The translations under genes were made by a program, and so were the position numbers. The notes beneath the pieces were generated by a model. The model was not told the origin of the DNA. It made no database searches and saw only the letters and a list, made by a program, of their open reading frames with translations. Shown piece after piece: positions 1 to 9,215 of a stretch of 64,000 nucleotides of DNA (positions within the stretch are counted from its first letter, which is position 1; every line of letters begins with the position of its first letter). Origin of the DNA: an uncultured Acidimicrobiales bacterium (GTDB lineage: Bacteria > Actinomycetota > Acidimicrobiia > Acidimicrobiales > DATKAS01); contig CAVVET010000029.1 of assembly GCA_963747215.1 (NCBI GenBank), forward strand, positions 320,115-384,114. The letters are read 5' to 3'.

Positions 1-1
1 C

Positions 2-1285
2 GCGCTCGACCAGCCGATCGCCGCGATCGGCATCACCAACCAACGGGAGACCGTCGTGGTGTGGGACCGCCGGACGGGTGAGCCGCTGCATCGGGCGATC
101 GTGTGGCAGGACCGGCGCACGGCGCCCCGCTGCGACGAGCTGCAAGAGGCCGGTCATCTCGATCTCGTTCGGGCCCAGACCGGGCTCGTGCTCGATCCCT
201 ACTTCTCGGCCACGAAGCTCGAGTGGATCCTGCGCTCCGGTCACGTTGACGTCGGCGCCGACCTGGCCTTCGGCACCGTGGACAGCTGGGTGCTCTGGAA
301 CCTCACCGGCGGAGCGGTGCACGCGACCGATCCTTCCAACGCGAGCCGCACGATGTTGTTCGACATCGGACGGCTCGAGTGGTCCGACGATCTCCTCGCG
401 TTGTTCGACGTCCCGCGCTCGTGTCTGCCCGAGGTGCGGCCATCGAGCGGTCGACTCGGAACGACCGTCGCGGATGTGGGCGTTCCCGCGGGCATCCCGG
501 TCAGCGGCATCGCCGGCGATCAGCAAGCGGCGCTCTTCGGCCAAGCGTGCTTCGAACCCGGGATGATGAAGAACACCTACGGCACCGGCTCGTTCGTGCT
601 GATGAACATCGGCTCCGAGCTGCCGCCTCCCGTGGAGGGGTTGCTCACGACGGTGGCGTGGACGCTCGACGACGGCACGACCACGTACGCGCTCGAGGGA
701 GCGATCTTCGTCACCGGTGCGGCGGTCCAGTGGCTGCGTGACGGTCTCGGCCTCATCGAGTCGGCGGCCGAGATCGGCCCGCTGGCCGAGTCGTGTCCCG
801 ATCCGGAGGGTGTCTACGTCGTGCCGGCCTTCACGGGTCTCGGCAGCCCTCATTGGGATCCGTACGCGCGCGGCACGATCGTCGGCATCACTCGCGGCAC
901 CAGCCGCGCTCACCTCGCGCGGGCCGTCGTCGAGGCGATGACGTACCAGACGCGCGACGTCGTCGAGGCGATGGAGGCCGCGTCCGGTCGCGGACGCGTG
1001 GCGCTGCGCGTCGACGGCGGTGCGGCCGTCATGGATCTGCTCTTGCAGCTGCAAGCCGACCAGCTCCACGTCCCTGTGGCCCGTCCCACCGTGCCCGAGA
1101 CCACCGCGCTCGGCGCGGCCTACCTCGCGGGGCTCGCGGAAGGCGTGTTCGGATCGCTCGACGACATCGCGTCCCACTGGCAGCTCGACCGGGAGTTCCA
1201 TCCCGATGCCGAGGCGGCAGCGGCCGATCAGCGCTACGCCGGATGGAAGCGAGCCGTCGAGCGCTCCCGCAACTGGGCGACCTAG
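2..1285 (+). CDS. glpK: glycerol kinase (FGGY family), 5' end cut by window edge
   Basis: Frame is open from nt 2. Translation [22 protein letters not shown]...[13 protein letters not shown]...[10 protein letters not shown]...YGTGSF carries GlpK/FGGY signature blocks. Ends at TAG 1283-1285. Confidence 0.92.
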   Translation, partial: ALDQPIAAIGITNQRETVVVWDRRTGEPLHRAIVWQDRRTAPRCDELQEAGHLDLVRAQTGLVLDPYFSATKLEWILRSGHVDVGADLAFGTVDSWVLWNLTGGAVHATDPSNASRTMLFDIGRLEWSDDLLALFDVPRSCLPEVRPSSGRLGTTVADVGVPAGIPVSGIAGDQQAALFGQACFEPGMMKNTYGTGSFVLMNIGSELPPPVEGLLTTVAWTLDDGTTTYALEGAIFVTGAAVQWLRDGLGLIESAAEIGPLAESCPDPEGVYVVPAFTGLGSPHWDPYARGTIVGITRGTSRAHLARAVVEAMTYQTRDVVEAMEAASGRGRVALRVDGGAAVMDLLLQLQADQLHVPVARPTVPETTALGAAYLAGLAEGVFGSLDDIASHWQLDREFHPDAEAAAADQRYAGWKRAVERSRNWAT

Positions 1286-1319
1286 CCCCCGTTCAGCCTC
1301 CCTCTCGGCTTCCTGTTTC

Positions 1320-1348
1320 AGTAACCGGCCACAGTCTGGCCGGTTACT
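1320..1348. terminator. bidirectional terminator-like hairpin between convergent genes
   Basis: Perfect 11-bp inverted repeat AGTAACCGGCC-N7-GGCCGGTTACT in the 100-nt gap between glpK (+) and the ACT-domain gene (-). Confidence 0.55.
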
Positions 1349-1386
1349 CGCGAGAAGGCGAGGGGGGTCGTGAGGGTCGCGAGGGG

Positions 1387-2028
1387 TCAGTGGAGGGCTT
1401 GCCAGCGGGTGTCGGCGATGCGGGCGAGCGCCGCGAGCTCGCGGCGCTCCCGTCCCCGGAGCGGACGTCCCTTGCGGCCGAGCACCAGCTCATGACCCGC
1501 GGCCGGGAGCGGCGCCCACGCCACGTCGTCGGGGCCCGCGGCACCGGCGGCGACCGCCTCCGACACTCTGCTGCCCTCGAGGAACGCGACGAGCCACGCC
1601 GCCTCAGGCGGAGCCCCGACGGCATGGCTCAACGACGTGTCCGCCTGGTGCAGCACCGCGCACCAGTCCGCATCGAAGTCCGCGAACGCGTCCGCGCAGA
1701 GAACGGTGAAGAGCGCCTCGACATCCGGCGCTTCAACCAGTCGCGTCGCCGTCTCGAGCGCGTCGAGTCGGGCGTCGCGGGTCGGGTCGGCGATGAGCCG
1801 AACGTCCTCGACATCGACGTCTTCGACTTGGGAGATCTCGTTGACGAGCAGGTCCACGAGCCCTGATTCGGGAAGGGCGACGATCAGCTCGTCGATCGCT
1901 CGGCCTGCGCCCCGCTCGAGGATCTCGATGCCGACCACGTCGCCCCGCACGGCACCGATGCGGCTCGCGACCTGGCCGAGTGCACCGGGGCGATCGGGCA
2001 GCCACACTCGAACCGTGTAGTGCTCCAC
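1387..2028 (-). CDS. ACT domain-containing protein
   Basis: 213-aa ORF. The N-terminus YTVRVWLPDRPGALGQVASRIGAVRGDVVGIEIL fits the ACT ligand-binding fold pattern. The rest is of unknown function. Confidence 0.6.
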   Translation of the reverse strand: MEHYTVRVWLPDRPGALGQVASRIGAVRGDVVGIEILERGAGRAIDELIVALPESGLVDLLVNEISQVEDVDVEDVRLIADPTRDARLDALETATRLVEAPDVEALFTVLCADAFADFDADWCAVLHQADTSLSHAVGAPPEAAWLVAFLEGSRVSEAVAAGAAGPDDVAWAPLPAAGHELVLGRKGRPLRGRERRELAALARIADTRWQALH

Positions 2029-2069
2029 GTCCGCACCCTACGGGGCGTGCATGAACACGATGTTTCCTG

Positions 2070-3263
2070 TCAGAGCTTCGGCAGCGCTTTTCGAAGGTTG
2101 CGCACGGCCTGGTTGATCCGCTGCTCGTTCTCGATCAGCGCGAACCGCACGAACCCGTCGCCGCCCTCTCCGAAGCCGATGCCGGGCGATGTCGCAACGT
2201 CGCCCTCCCGCACGAGGAAGGACGAGAACTCGAGCGATCCCATCTCGCGGTACGGCTCGGGGATCGGTGCCCACACGAACATCGTCCCCTTCGGCTTCGG
2301 GAACTCCCAGCCGATGCGGGCGAGGCCGTCGCAGAGTGCGTCGCGCCGGCCCTGATAGATCGCGTTGACCTCACGCGGGTAGTCCGGAGCCTCGTTCATC
2401 GTGACGGTGGCCGCGATCTGGATCGGCTGGAACGTGCCGTAGTCGAGATACGACTTCAGCTTCGCAAGCGCTCCCACGACCTCTGCGCTGCCTGACATGA
2501 ACGCGATCCGCCATCCGGCCATCGAGAAGCTCTTCGTCATCGAGTAAAGCTCGACCGCGCAGTCCTTCGCTCCGTCGGCCTGCAGGATCGACGGGGGCCG
2601 GTATCCGTCGAACCCGACGTCGGCGTACGCGAAGTCGTGCACCACGACGACCTCGTGCTCGAGCGCGAAGTCGACGAGCCGCTGCATGAACGCGAGATCG
2701 ACGCAGGCGGTCGTCGGATTGTGGGGAAAGCTGACCACGATCACGCGGGGCGCGGCCATCCGGTGCGGAACGCCCGATCGAGGCTCTCGAAGAAGCCGTC
2801 GCCGCTCTCGATGTCGCCCGACGCCATGCCCATCGGGATCTCTCGGATCTCGGCTCCGGCAAAGAGCGGCCCGTAGATGTGGATCGGATAGGACGGGCTC
2901 GGGCACGACCGCCGCGTCGCCCGGCGCGAGCAACACCCACATGAGATGGGAGAAGCCTTCCTTCGCGCCGATGGTGTTGATGATCTCGGTCTCGGGGTCG
3001 AGCACGACACCCCAGTTCCGCTCGTACATCGCCGCGACGGCTTCACGGAGCTTGGGGATGCCCTTGCTCAACGAGTAGCGGTGGTTGCGAGTGTTGCGGG
3101 CCGCCTCGGCCAGCTTGTCGACCGCGATGTCGGGCGAGGGGATGTCGGGGTTGCCGAATCCGAGGTCGATGACGTCTGCGCCGGCTCGCCGTGCCTCGAT
3201 CTTCAGACCGTTGATGATCGTGAAGACGTACGGAGGCAGGTTTGTGATCCGGCGGAACTCCAT
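2070..3263 (-). CDS. class I/II pyridoxal-phosphate aminotransferase (AlaA/AspC-like), with an internal off-frame segment
   Basis: LPPYVFT..., HRYS..KGIP.LREA, FPHNPT and the PLP-lysine block YSMTKSFSMAGWRIAF. ORF-track residues ~120-170 (EPVLSDPHLRAALCRSRDPRD...) are off-frame. The proper sequence PSPSYPIHIYGPLFAGAEIREIPMG...GWPRP lies in ORF 2741..3046. Frame changes are at ~2902 (GGG run) and ~2748 (GGGG run). Confidence 0.85.
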   Translation of the reverse strand: MEFRRITNLPPYVFTIINGLKIEARRAGADVIDLGFGNPDIPSPDIAVDKLAEAARNTRNHRYSLSKGIPKLREAVAAMYERNWGVVLDPETEIINTIGAKEGFSHLMWVLLAPGDAAVVPEPVLSDPHLRAALCRSRDPRDPDGHGVGRHRERRRLLREPRSGVPHRMAAPRVIVVSFPHNPTTACVDLAFMQRLVDFALEHEVVVVHDFAYADVGFDGYRPPSILQADGAKDCAVELYSMTKSFSMAGWRIAFMSGSAEVVGALAKLKSYLDYGTFQPIQIAATVTMNEAPDYPREVNAIYQGRRDALCDGLARIGWEFPKPKGTMFVWAPIPEPYREMGSLEFSSFLVREGDVATSPGIGFGEGGDGFVRFALIENEQRINQAVRNLRKALPKL

Positions 3264-3286
3264 GCCCCGAGGGTACCCGGGGCAGA

Positions 3287-3823
3287 ATGGCGCTCATGGG
3301 TGATTCGACGCCGGGAACGCACGTCACGGCCGAGAGCGAGACGATCGACGTCGTCGTCGAGATCCCGCGCGGAAGCCGTAACAAGTACGAATACGACCAC
3401 GAGCGCGGCGTGATGCGGCTCGATCGTCGGTTGTTCTCCGCGACGGTGTATCCCGCCGACTACGGCTTCATCCCCGACACCTTGGGCCTCGATGGCGATC
3501 CGATCGACGCCCTCGTGTTGCTGGAGGATCCGACCTTCCCCGGCTGTTGGGTGCGTTCGCGCCCGGTGGGCATGCTGGTGATGCAAGACGAGGCGGGCGA
3601 GGACGCGAAGGTCATCTGTGTTCCCCCCGACGATCCGCGTTACGACAACATCCGCGAGGTCACCGATCTGTCGGCGTCCCTGCTCGCAGAGATCAAGCAC
3701 TTCTTCGACGTCTACAAGCTCATCGAGCCCGGGAAGATGGCGCACACGGGGGAGTTCGAGGGACGCGAAGCCGCGTGGCGCGAGATCAACGACGCTCGGG
3801 CCCGCTACGTGCCTCACGGCTGA
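3287..3823 (+). CDS. ppa: inorganic pyrophosphatase (family I)
   Basis: EIPRGSRNKYEYD, YPADYGFIPDTLGLDGDPIDALVL, DAKVICVP, HFF..YK: canonical soluble PPase blocks. Confidence 0.93.
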   Translation: MALMGDSTPGTHVTAESETIDVVVEIPRGSRNKYEYDHERGVMRLDRRLFSATVYPADYGFIPDTLGLDGDPIDALVLLEDPTFPGCWVRSRPVGMLVMQDEAGEDAKVICVPPDDPRYDNIREVTDLSASLLAEIKHFFDVYKLIEPGKMAHTGEFEGREAAWREINDARARYVPHG

Positions 3824-4790
3824 GCAAGTCCGCGGCGATCGTCGCCGCACCCATCGCACCTGCGCGTTCGCCGAGCACCGCCGCGACGAGCTGCGGCCGG
3901 GGTCGGTGCGCCGGTGCGTAGAGGAGACCTTCGTACATCCGCTCGATCGGTTCGAGGAGGAGGTCGGCCTCGGAGACGAGCCCGCCGCCGAGGACGAGCA
4001 TCTCCGGATCGAGAAGGTTCGTGAGGTTCACCAGACCGAGCGCCAGCCACCACGCCCAGTCTTCGATGACCTGTTGTGCCTCGGGATCGCCTGCTCTCGC
4101 GGCCTGCGTCACGTGTTCGCCCCGGACCGACTCCGGATCTCCGCCGGCGGCGGCGACGACGGCAGACGCACGTCCGCCGAAGGCGGCGTCTCGTGCGAGC
4201 CGTGCCAACCCGCTGCCCGATGCGTACCGCTCCCAGCACCCCCGCCGCCCGCACACGCACGGCGGGCCGTTCGGATCGATGACCATGTGACCGGGCTCGC
4301 TCGTGAAGCCGTTCGACCCCCGTTGCAGCTCTCCACCCGCGACCACGCCGCCCCCGATACCGGTGCCAAGGGTGACGAGCACGACGTCGTCCACACCCTT
4401 CGCCACCCCGTGGCGCCACTCCGCGACCAGGGCGCACGTCGCGTCGTTGTCCACCGTCACGGGCATGCGGAGGCGGTCCGCGAGCTCGTCGCGGATCGGC
4501 ATCTCGGTGACACCGACGAGGTTGGGCGCGGCCCGAAGCACGCCGCGGTGGTCCACGAGTCCGGGGGCGCCTACTCCCACCGCCGCGGTCGAGATGCCGC
4601 CGCGCGAAGAGAGCGCCTCGACGACCGCAACGACGGTGTCAGCGAGATTCGACGCTCCGTGCGGTGTCGGAACTCGCTCCTCGGCGAGCACGTCGCCGTC
4701 GGATCCGAGCAGGACTCCGAGGCACTTCGTGCCCCCGATGTCGACGCCCGCGACGACCGATCTGCGAACGTCAGTAGCGGAGGAGGGCAC
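3786..4790 (-). CDS. ROK family sugar kinase (glucokinase-like)
   Basis: VAGVDIGGTK phosphate-1 motif, LGTGIGGG, and the ROK zinc motif GHMVIDPNGPPCVCGRRGCWERYASG. Tail overlaps ppa convergently. Confidence 0.85.
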   Translation of the reverse strand: MPSSATDVRRSVVAGVDIGGTKCLGVLLGSDGDVLAEERVPTPHGASNLADTVVAVVEALSSRGGISTAAVGVGAPGLVDHRGVLRAAPNLVGVTEMPIRDELADRLRMPVTVDNDATCALVAEWRHGVAKGVDDVVLVTLGTGIGGGVVAGGELQRGSNGFTSEPGHMVIDPNGPPCVCGRRGCWERYASGSGLARLARDAAFGGRASAVVAAAGGDPESVRGEHVTQAARAGDPEAQQVIEDWAWWLALGLVNLTNLLDPEMLVLGGGLVSEADLLLEPIERMYEGLLYAPAHRPRPQLVAAVLGERAGAMGAATIAADLLSREARSGPERR

Positions 4791-5896
4791 CGATCCCCCC
4801 CATCACGTCGAGATCCGCGTTGGCGACACAGACCTCGACGCGACACGACTGCGCGACGGCCTCCTCGATCGCATGCTCGACGATGTCAGACGTCTGCTCC
4901 ATCGGCTGGCGGCACGCCGGGCACGAACGGCCGACGCGGCCCAGGTATCCGCACGCGTGGCAGTGCCAACCCGGCGACCGGAAGCCCTGCGACACGAGGA
5001 GGTGCTCGACCCGTCGCTCGACGAGCGCCTCGAGCGTCGCGGTCAATCCGCTCGCTCCTCGACGGCCGGATCCGATCGCGCCCCGAAGTCGCTCGACGAG
5101 CGCCTGCTCCTTGCGACGTTCGACCTCACGTTCGACTTCGAGTGCGACGGTGCGCACCTGCTCGTCGGTCGCGGTCACCGGGACCGCGATGCGCTCGACC
5201 ACACGCTCTCGGAGATATGGGTGCAGGCACCCGACGAGCTCGGCGGCGACGTCGGATGGAGCTCCGACGACGAGATGGTCGAACTGCTGCTCCTGAAAGA
5301 CGTGAAACGCGACATCCGCCGCGTGGCGGAGGTGTTGGTGCTTCACCTCGTTGGTCTGACCGGCGACCCGCGTCTTGACGAGGACGTGTCCTTTCACATC
5401 CTCGCGATGGGTGATCTCATCGAACACCTCGCTGCGATCGATGAGCTCGCCGAGCTCGAAGACCAGCATGCGGGCTCGCTGGCGATCGGCGAGCAGCACG
5501 CCGAAGCGCTCGTACTCGTCCAGCAGGGATTCGAGCTGACGGACGTGCGGGGACGATTCGACCACGACTTGACTCGACACCCGCACAGGAAGCTCGATCA
5601 CCTCCCAGAGACCCGTCGGCGAAGCACGAGAAGAACGCGAGCCCGCGCACACGCGACCGATCGAGGCCACCGCGCACGTGGTTCTCGATGCGCTGCAGGT
5701 CGCGAGCGACGGAGTACGAGTGGTCTCCGTTCAGCTCGGCCCGCGCGCGGCGCAGGAGAAGGTCGAGCTCGTGGAGATAGTCCTGATGCCGAGGGAATCG
5801 CCGACCGTCGACGTCGAGATAGCAACTGGTCACGGGAGCAGTGCGCCCCCTGTATCCGGCAAGGGAGCGAACAGTGTCCGTCGTGAGCGCTGGCAC
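4771..5896 (-). CDS. bacterial eRF1/Vms1-like release-factor-fold protein (baeRF-type) with embedded zinc ribbon; one frame change
   Basis: The N-terminal piece is ORF 5417..5896 (MPALTTDTVRSLAGYRG...LAFFSCFADG). It continues as LWEVIELPVRV... in ORF 4771..5670 after removal of one base in the GGG run at ~5613. C-terminus: WHCHACGYLGRVGRSCPACRQP then VEVCVANADLDVMGGIGALLRY, an eRF1 domain-3-like ending. Confidence 0.6.
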
Positions 5897-5947
5897 GACA
5901 CCTCCTGGGCGGGGGACCGAGGCTGGCGTGACCCTCGGCGCCCGATG

Positions 5948-7759
5948 CTATTCGGACGTCGCTGATCCTGCGTCAGAGATCATCGACAGTCCGCCCCGCT
6001 CGGGAGGCAGCCCCGCCGCCCAGTGCACCACCTGCGGGTCGTCGGTCAGATACACGACGTGCAACGAATCCGCGAGGTGGTCCAACCGAACGAGCAGCGC
6101 ATCGAGGTCGCCCGCCGACACGTGCCGGTACACGTCGTCGAGGACGATCGGGAGGGGATCGGCCAGCGGATGCTGCCCGCGTGCGGCCAACCAGCCGAGA
6201 AGGTGCCGGTCGAGCTCATCGAGCGATCCCCGACCGTCGCCGTCTGCCTGCGGGCTCGGGTCGCTTGCGGTCTCGAGCGCAGGGTCGCCGGTCGATGCAG
6301 CGTCGGTGGTCGATGTGGGCTCGTCCGCGTCGGCAACGAGGCGTGCCTCGGCGAGGCGCTCCTCGGCTTCGTCCTTACGCACGGCGAGCTCTGCGAGCTT
6401 GCCTTCGACGGCGGCGATGTCGGCCGCCGCGAGCTCGTACGCGGCCCGGGCGGCGGCCTCGGCTGCCACTGCGTCGTCGCGGGCTCGCGACGCTGCGACG
6501 AGGCGGGCCTCGGCCGCCCCGTGGCGCTCCCGCCGCCGTACCTCTGCCGGCGTCGGCCGCGGGGGCTGGCGCACCGCCTTGGCTACCTGCTGCGGCGCAG
6601 GCTCAGGCTCAGGTTCGGGCTCAGCAACCGGGACAGGAACGGGTCGCGGTGCGGGTGCGGGCGCCGCCGCCGCCCGCTCCCGTGCCTCACTCAGCTCGCC
6701 CTCCGCACGGAGCAGCTCGGTGCGTGCGATCTCCATCCGGAGCTCTGCGCTCGGATCGGTGGAGCCCATGGACGACCGCAGCAGGAAGTCGCTGTAGGAG
6801 TCGAGTCCGAGCCGATCCAGCACCGCCCGCTCGAAGGACTTCGCCTCGTCGAGCTTGCGGCGAGAGGCGGCGCCCCCAAATCGTCGCTCGGCGCGCTCAT
6901 CGGCATCGAGCACCGCCTCGTGCGCCGCTTCGAGCTCGGCTCGCTGGGCCGCGTCGAGTCGCGCCGGGTTGGCGGCTCGCGCCGCTCGGTCCACTTCGTC
7001 CCGTGCTGCGACGACCTTTGCCTCGGCGGCGTGGACCGCATCGAGCGCAGCCTTCGCGCTCGCTTCGTCGGCGGCGTGACGGGCCGCCTCGTACTCCTCG
7101 TCTCCGTCGATTGCGGCTTCCCGTTCAGGCGAGGCGGACACCGGGGCGTCGTCCTCGAAGAGATCACCTTCGTCCGAGGCGGCCAGCTCATCGGCAAGGT
7201 CATCGTCGCCGACGTCTTCTTCCGGGCTTCCCTCGATCTCGGCGAGTGCGTCAGACGCCGACTCGACGGCACGCTCGGCGGCCTCGCGCGATGCCACCGC
7301 GTCTTCGAGTGACTGCTCGGCTTGTCGGTGAGTCGGGCTGCGTGCGCGTCGCGTTCCTCGGCGGCGCCTCGCAGGGCGACCTCGACCGCGGCCAACACCT
7401 CGGCGGCGGCATCGACCTGCCTGACGGGCGGGTCCACGAGCCCGCTCGTGCTCGACGGCGGCGTCGTCCGCCGTTCGGCGCGGCCGCCCGGCAAGCCCGG
7501 AGGCCTCGGCCGGGAGATCGTCCGCGCCGAGCACCATCTCGACGTCGCCGTCGAGATCGAGAAGGCGCAGTCCCTCGCGGTCGAGATCGAGGATGATGCC
7601 GTGCGCCTCGACGAACCCGGCGGTGCCGTTGCCTCCGCGGAGGGCGGCGGTGAGCGCATCCACGAGCGCTCGGCGCGCCGATTCTTCGGCGTGGACGACG
7701 GCCAGCCTCGGATGCAGCTCTACCGTCACGCCCGGAGAGCGGAGCTCGAGGAGCCTCAT
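5948..7759 (-). CDS. SMC/RecN-like coiled-coil protein with degenerate ATPase head motifs; internal off-frame segment
   Basis: The N-terminus LELRSPGVTVELHPRLAVVHAEESARRALVDAL sits where a P-loop is expected. There is about 400 aa of Ala/Glu/Arg-rich heptad-like sequence plus a PAPAPRPVPVPVAEPEPEPEP linker. The C-terminus PLPIVLDDVYRHVSAGDLDALLVRLDHLADSLHVVYLTDDP is Walker-B/D-loop-like. Residues ~108-145 of the listed ORF are off-frame, and the proper LVDPPVRQVDAAAEVLAAVEVALRGAAEERDAHAARLTDK lies in ORF 6691..7659. Frame changes at ~7442 and ~7327. Confidence 0.5.
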   Translation of the reverse strand: MRLLELRSPGVTVELHPRLAVVHAEESARRALVDALTAALRGGNGTAGFVEAHGIILDLDREGLRLLDLDGDVEMVLGADDLPAEASGLAGRPRRTADDAAVEHERARGPARQAGRCRRRGVGRGRGRPARRRRGTRRARSPTHRQAEQSLEDAVASREAAERAVESASDALAEIEGSPEEDVGDDDLADELAASDEGDLFEDDAPVSASPEREAAIDGDEEYEAARHAADEASAKAALDAVHAAEAKVVAARDEVDRAARAANPARLDAAQRAELEAAHEAVLDADERAERRFGGAASRRKLDEAKSFERAVLDRLGLDSYSDFLLRSSMGSTDPSAELRMEIARTELLRAEGELSEARERAAAAPAPAPRPVPVPVAEPEPEPEPAPQQVAKAVRQPPRPTPAEVRRRERHGAAEARLVAASRARDDAVAAEAAARAAYELAAADIAAVEGKLAELAVRKDEAEERLAEARLVADADEPTSTTDAASTGDPALETASDPSPQADGDGRGSLDELDRHLLGWLAARGQHPLADPLPIVLDDVYRHVSAGDLDALLVRLDHLADSLHVVYLTDDPQVVHWAAGLPPERGGLSMISDAGSATSE

Positions 7760-8025
7760 GACAGCGTGATGTGCTCGATCGGCGGGTCGCCCTGATCGTC
7801 AGCGTCGCGGTCGCCGTTGGCCCTCGTGCCGGTCGGGTCGACGGTCTGCATCACGGCCTTGGCCATTGCTCCGACCGTCACCACCGCGGTGCGAACTGCC
7901 TCGGGGTTCTCGACGACACGCTCAGCGGCCTCGAGGAACGCGCGGGCTGCCGCGATCATCTCCCGTGCGGCCGCCTGCAGGTGGGCGACCCCGTCGTTCG
8001 GTTCGCTGCCGATCGCCTCCCCCAT
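7756..8025 (-). CDS. small hypothetical protein (89 aa)
   Basis: ATG at 8025 preceded by GGGGGAGG. MGEAIGSEPNDGVAHLQAAAREMIAAARAFLEAAERVVENPEAV... Its stop overlaps the start of the coiled-coil gene. I recognise no family. Confidence 0.5.
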   Translation of the reverse strand: MGEAIGSEPNDGVAHLQAAAREMIAAARAFLEAAERVVENPEAVRTAVVTVGAMAKAVMQTVDPTGTRANGDRDADDQGDPPIEHITLS

Positions 8026-8049
8026 CAGGTTGCCTCCCCCATCAGGTTG
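8016..8049 (+). repeat. perfect 17-bp tandem duplication (CCTCCCCCATCAGGTTG x2) at a gene junction
   Basis: Copies at 8016-8032 and 8033-8049. On the coding (-) strand each copy carries TGATG plus GGGGGAGG, that is the ArsA stop, the start of the next gene and its RBS. Confidence 0.9.
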
Positions 8050-9215
8050 CTGCACCGAACACGACCTCGAGGCGGCCACCGTGCACGACCGCATCGGTCA
8101 CTCGTCGACGACGCAGCGAATCCGGCAACAGGATCGCGCGTCGCTGGCCTCCGAGGGTGACAAGCAGCTCATCGCCCTTTCGGCTGAGGGCCACGTCCTC
8201 CCGCTCCGCGAAGGGGAGCTCCAACGCCAACACCCACGCGCCATCCCGTTGGGTCACCTCCAGGACCGATCCTTCGTGCATCGCGACCGAAGGGTCCTCC
8301 TCCCCGAACAGCTCCCGGCCGAGGCCGCGCAGGGCCTCGACGCCGGCCAGCTCACGTTCGGCGAGACGGGCCTTGAGCACGGGGAGGGGGGCGAACGCCT
8401 CTCGGATCTCGGCGAGATGCGCCGCGTGGGTCGCCTTCCAGCTGTCGAACCAGGGATCCGCGACGTCGTCGGGCAGCAATCGGTTCACCACGACCGCGTC
8501 GACTCTGTAGCCGAACAGCGAGAGATAGGTGTAGGTGCGACGCGCCTCGGCGATGACCATACGTTCGGGGTTCACGACGAGGCGGACCGATGTCTGTGCC
8601 GGGTCCGAGAGCACGGACCGCACCGATTCGATGCGGTCGTAGAACCGCTTCGAGCGCGTCGAAGACGTCGCTGTCGGGCACCGGCATCGCCGTCACCAGT
8701 CCGACCGACGGCGCGAGCAGCCTGCTGAGCTGACGGCCGATCGGGAACAGGCGCTCCATCCACCACGACAGGATCTCGGGCAACGACAGCAGCCGGAGCG
8801 TCTCGGCCGTGGGCGCGCAGTCAACGACGATCACGTCCCACTTGCCGGACACGACGTGCTCGTGAAGATCACTCAACGCGAAGACCTCGTCGAGGCCGGG
8901 GAGCACGGAGAGCTCCTCGGCCTCGATGGCCTCGATGCCCGCCCAGCGAAAGAGCGACGCGAGGTAGGCACGCAGCGTCGACCATGAGGTCTCGAGGCGA
9001 GCCTGTGCATCGAGCTGCTGGCCGGAGAGGGAACCTGTGATCACCGTCGGCTCGGGGCCGAGCGCCATGTCGAACGCATCGGCGAGCGAGTGGGCGGGAT
9101 CGGTCGACAACACGAGGGTGCGGTGACCGCAGTCGGCAGCGAGGAGGGCGGTCGCTGCCGCCGTCGTTGTCTTGCCGACTCCCCCTTTGCCGGTGAGCAG
9201 CAGGATCCGCGGCAC
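8042..9215 (-). CDS. ArsA/Get3-family ATPase; one frame change
   Basis: ILLLTGKGGVGKTTTAAATA deviant Walker A, LVLSTDPAHSLADAF, VIVVDCAPTAETLRLL. At ~8645 the frame moves from ORF 8352..9215 to ORF 8042..8623 (DVFDALEAFYDRIESVRSVLSDPAQTSVRLVVNPE... after removing one base of a CC run). Confidence 0.85.

Noticed and set aside
3618-5378. Very long ORFs (for example 3618..5378, 4303..5886, 793..1866, 6181..7596, 6023..7312, 42031..43035, 60730..62496, 53381..54337) that could be taken for genes.
   Set aside because: Their translations are Arg/Pro/Gly/Ser-rich with no recognisable motifs. They run antisense to or out of frame with genes that carry clear family signatures. This is the usual stop-codon-poor artefact of ~70% G+C DNA.
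6590-6650. Short periodic nucleotide repeats (GGCTCAGGCTCAGGTTCGGGCTCAG here; GGCGTGGTCGGCGCG x2 at 38103-38132) that might suggest a CRISPR-like or regulatory array.
   Set aside because: They are in-frame low-complexity coding sequence (EPEPEPEP linker; APTTP-APTTP linker). There is no spacer-repeat organisation.
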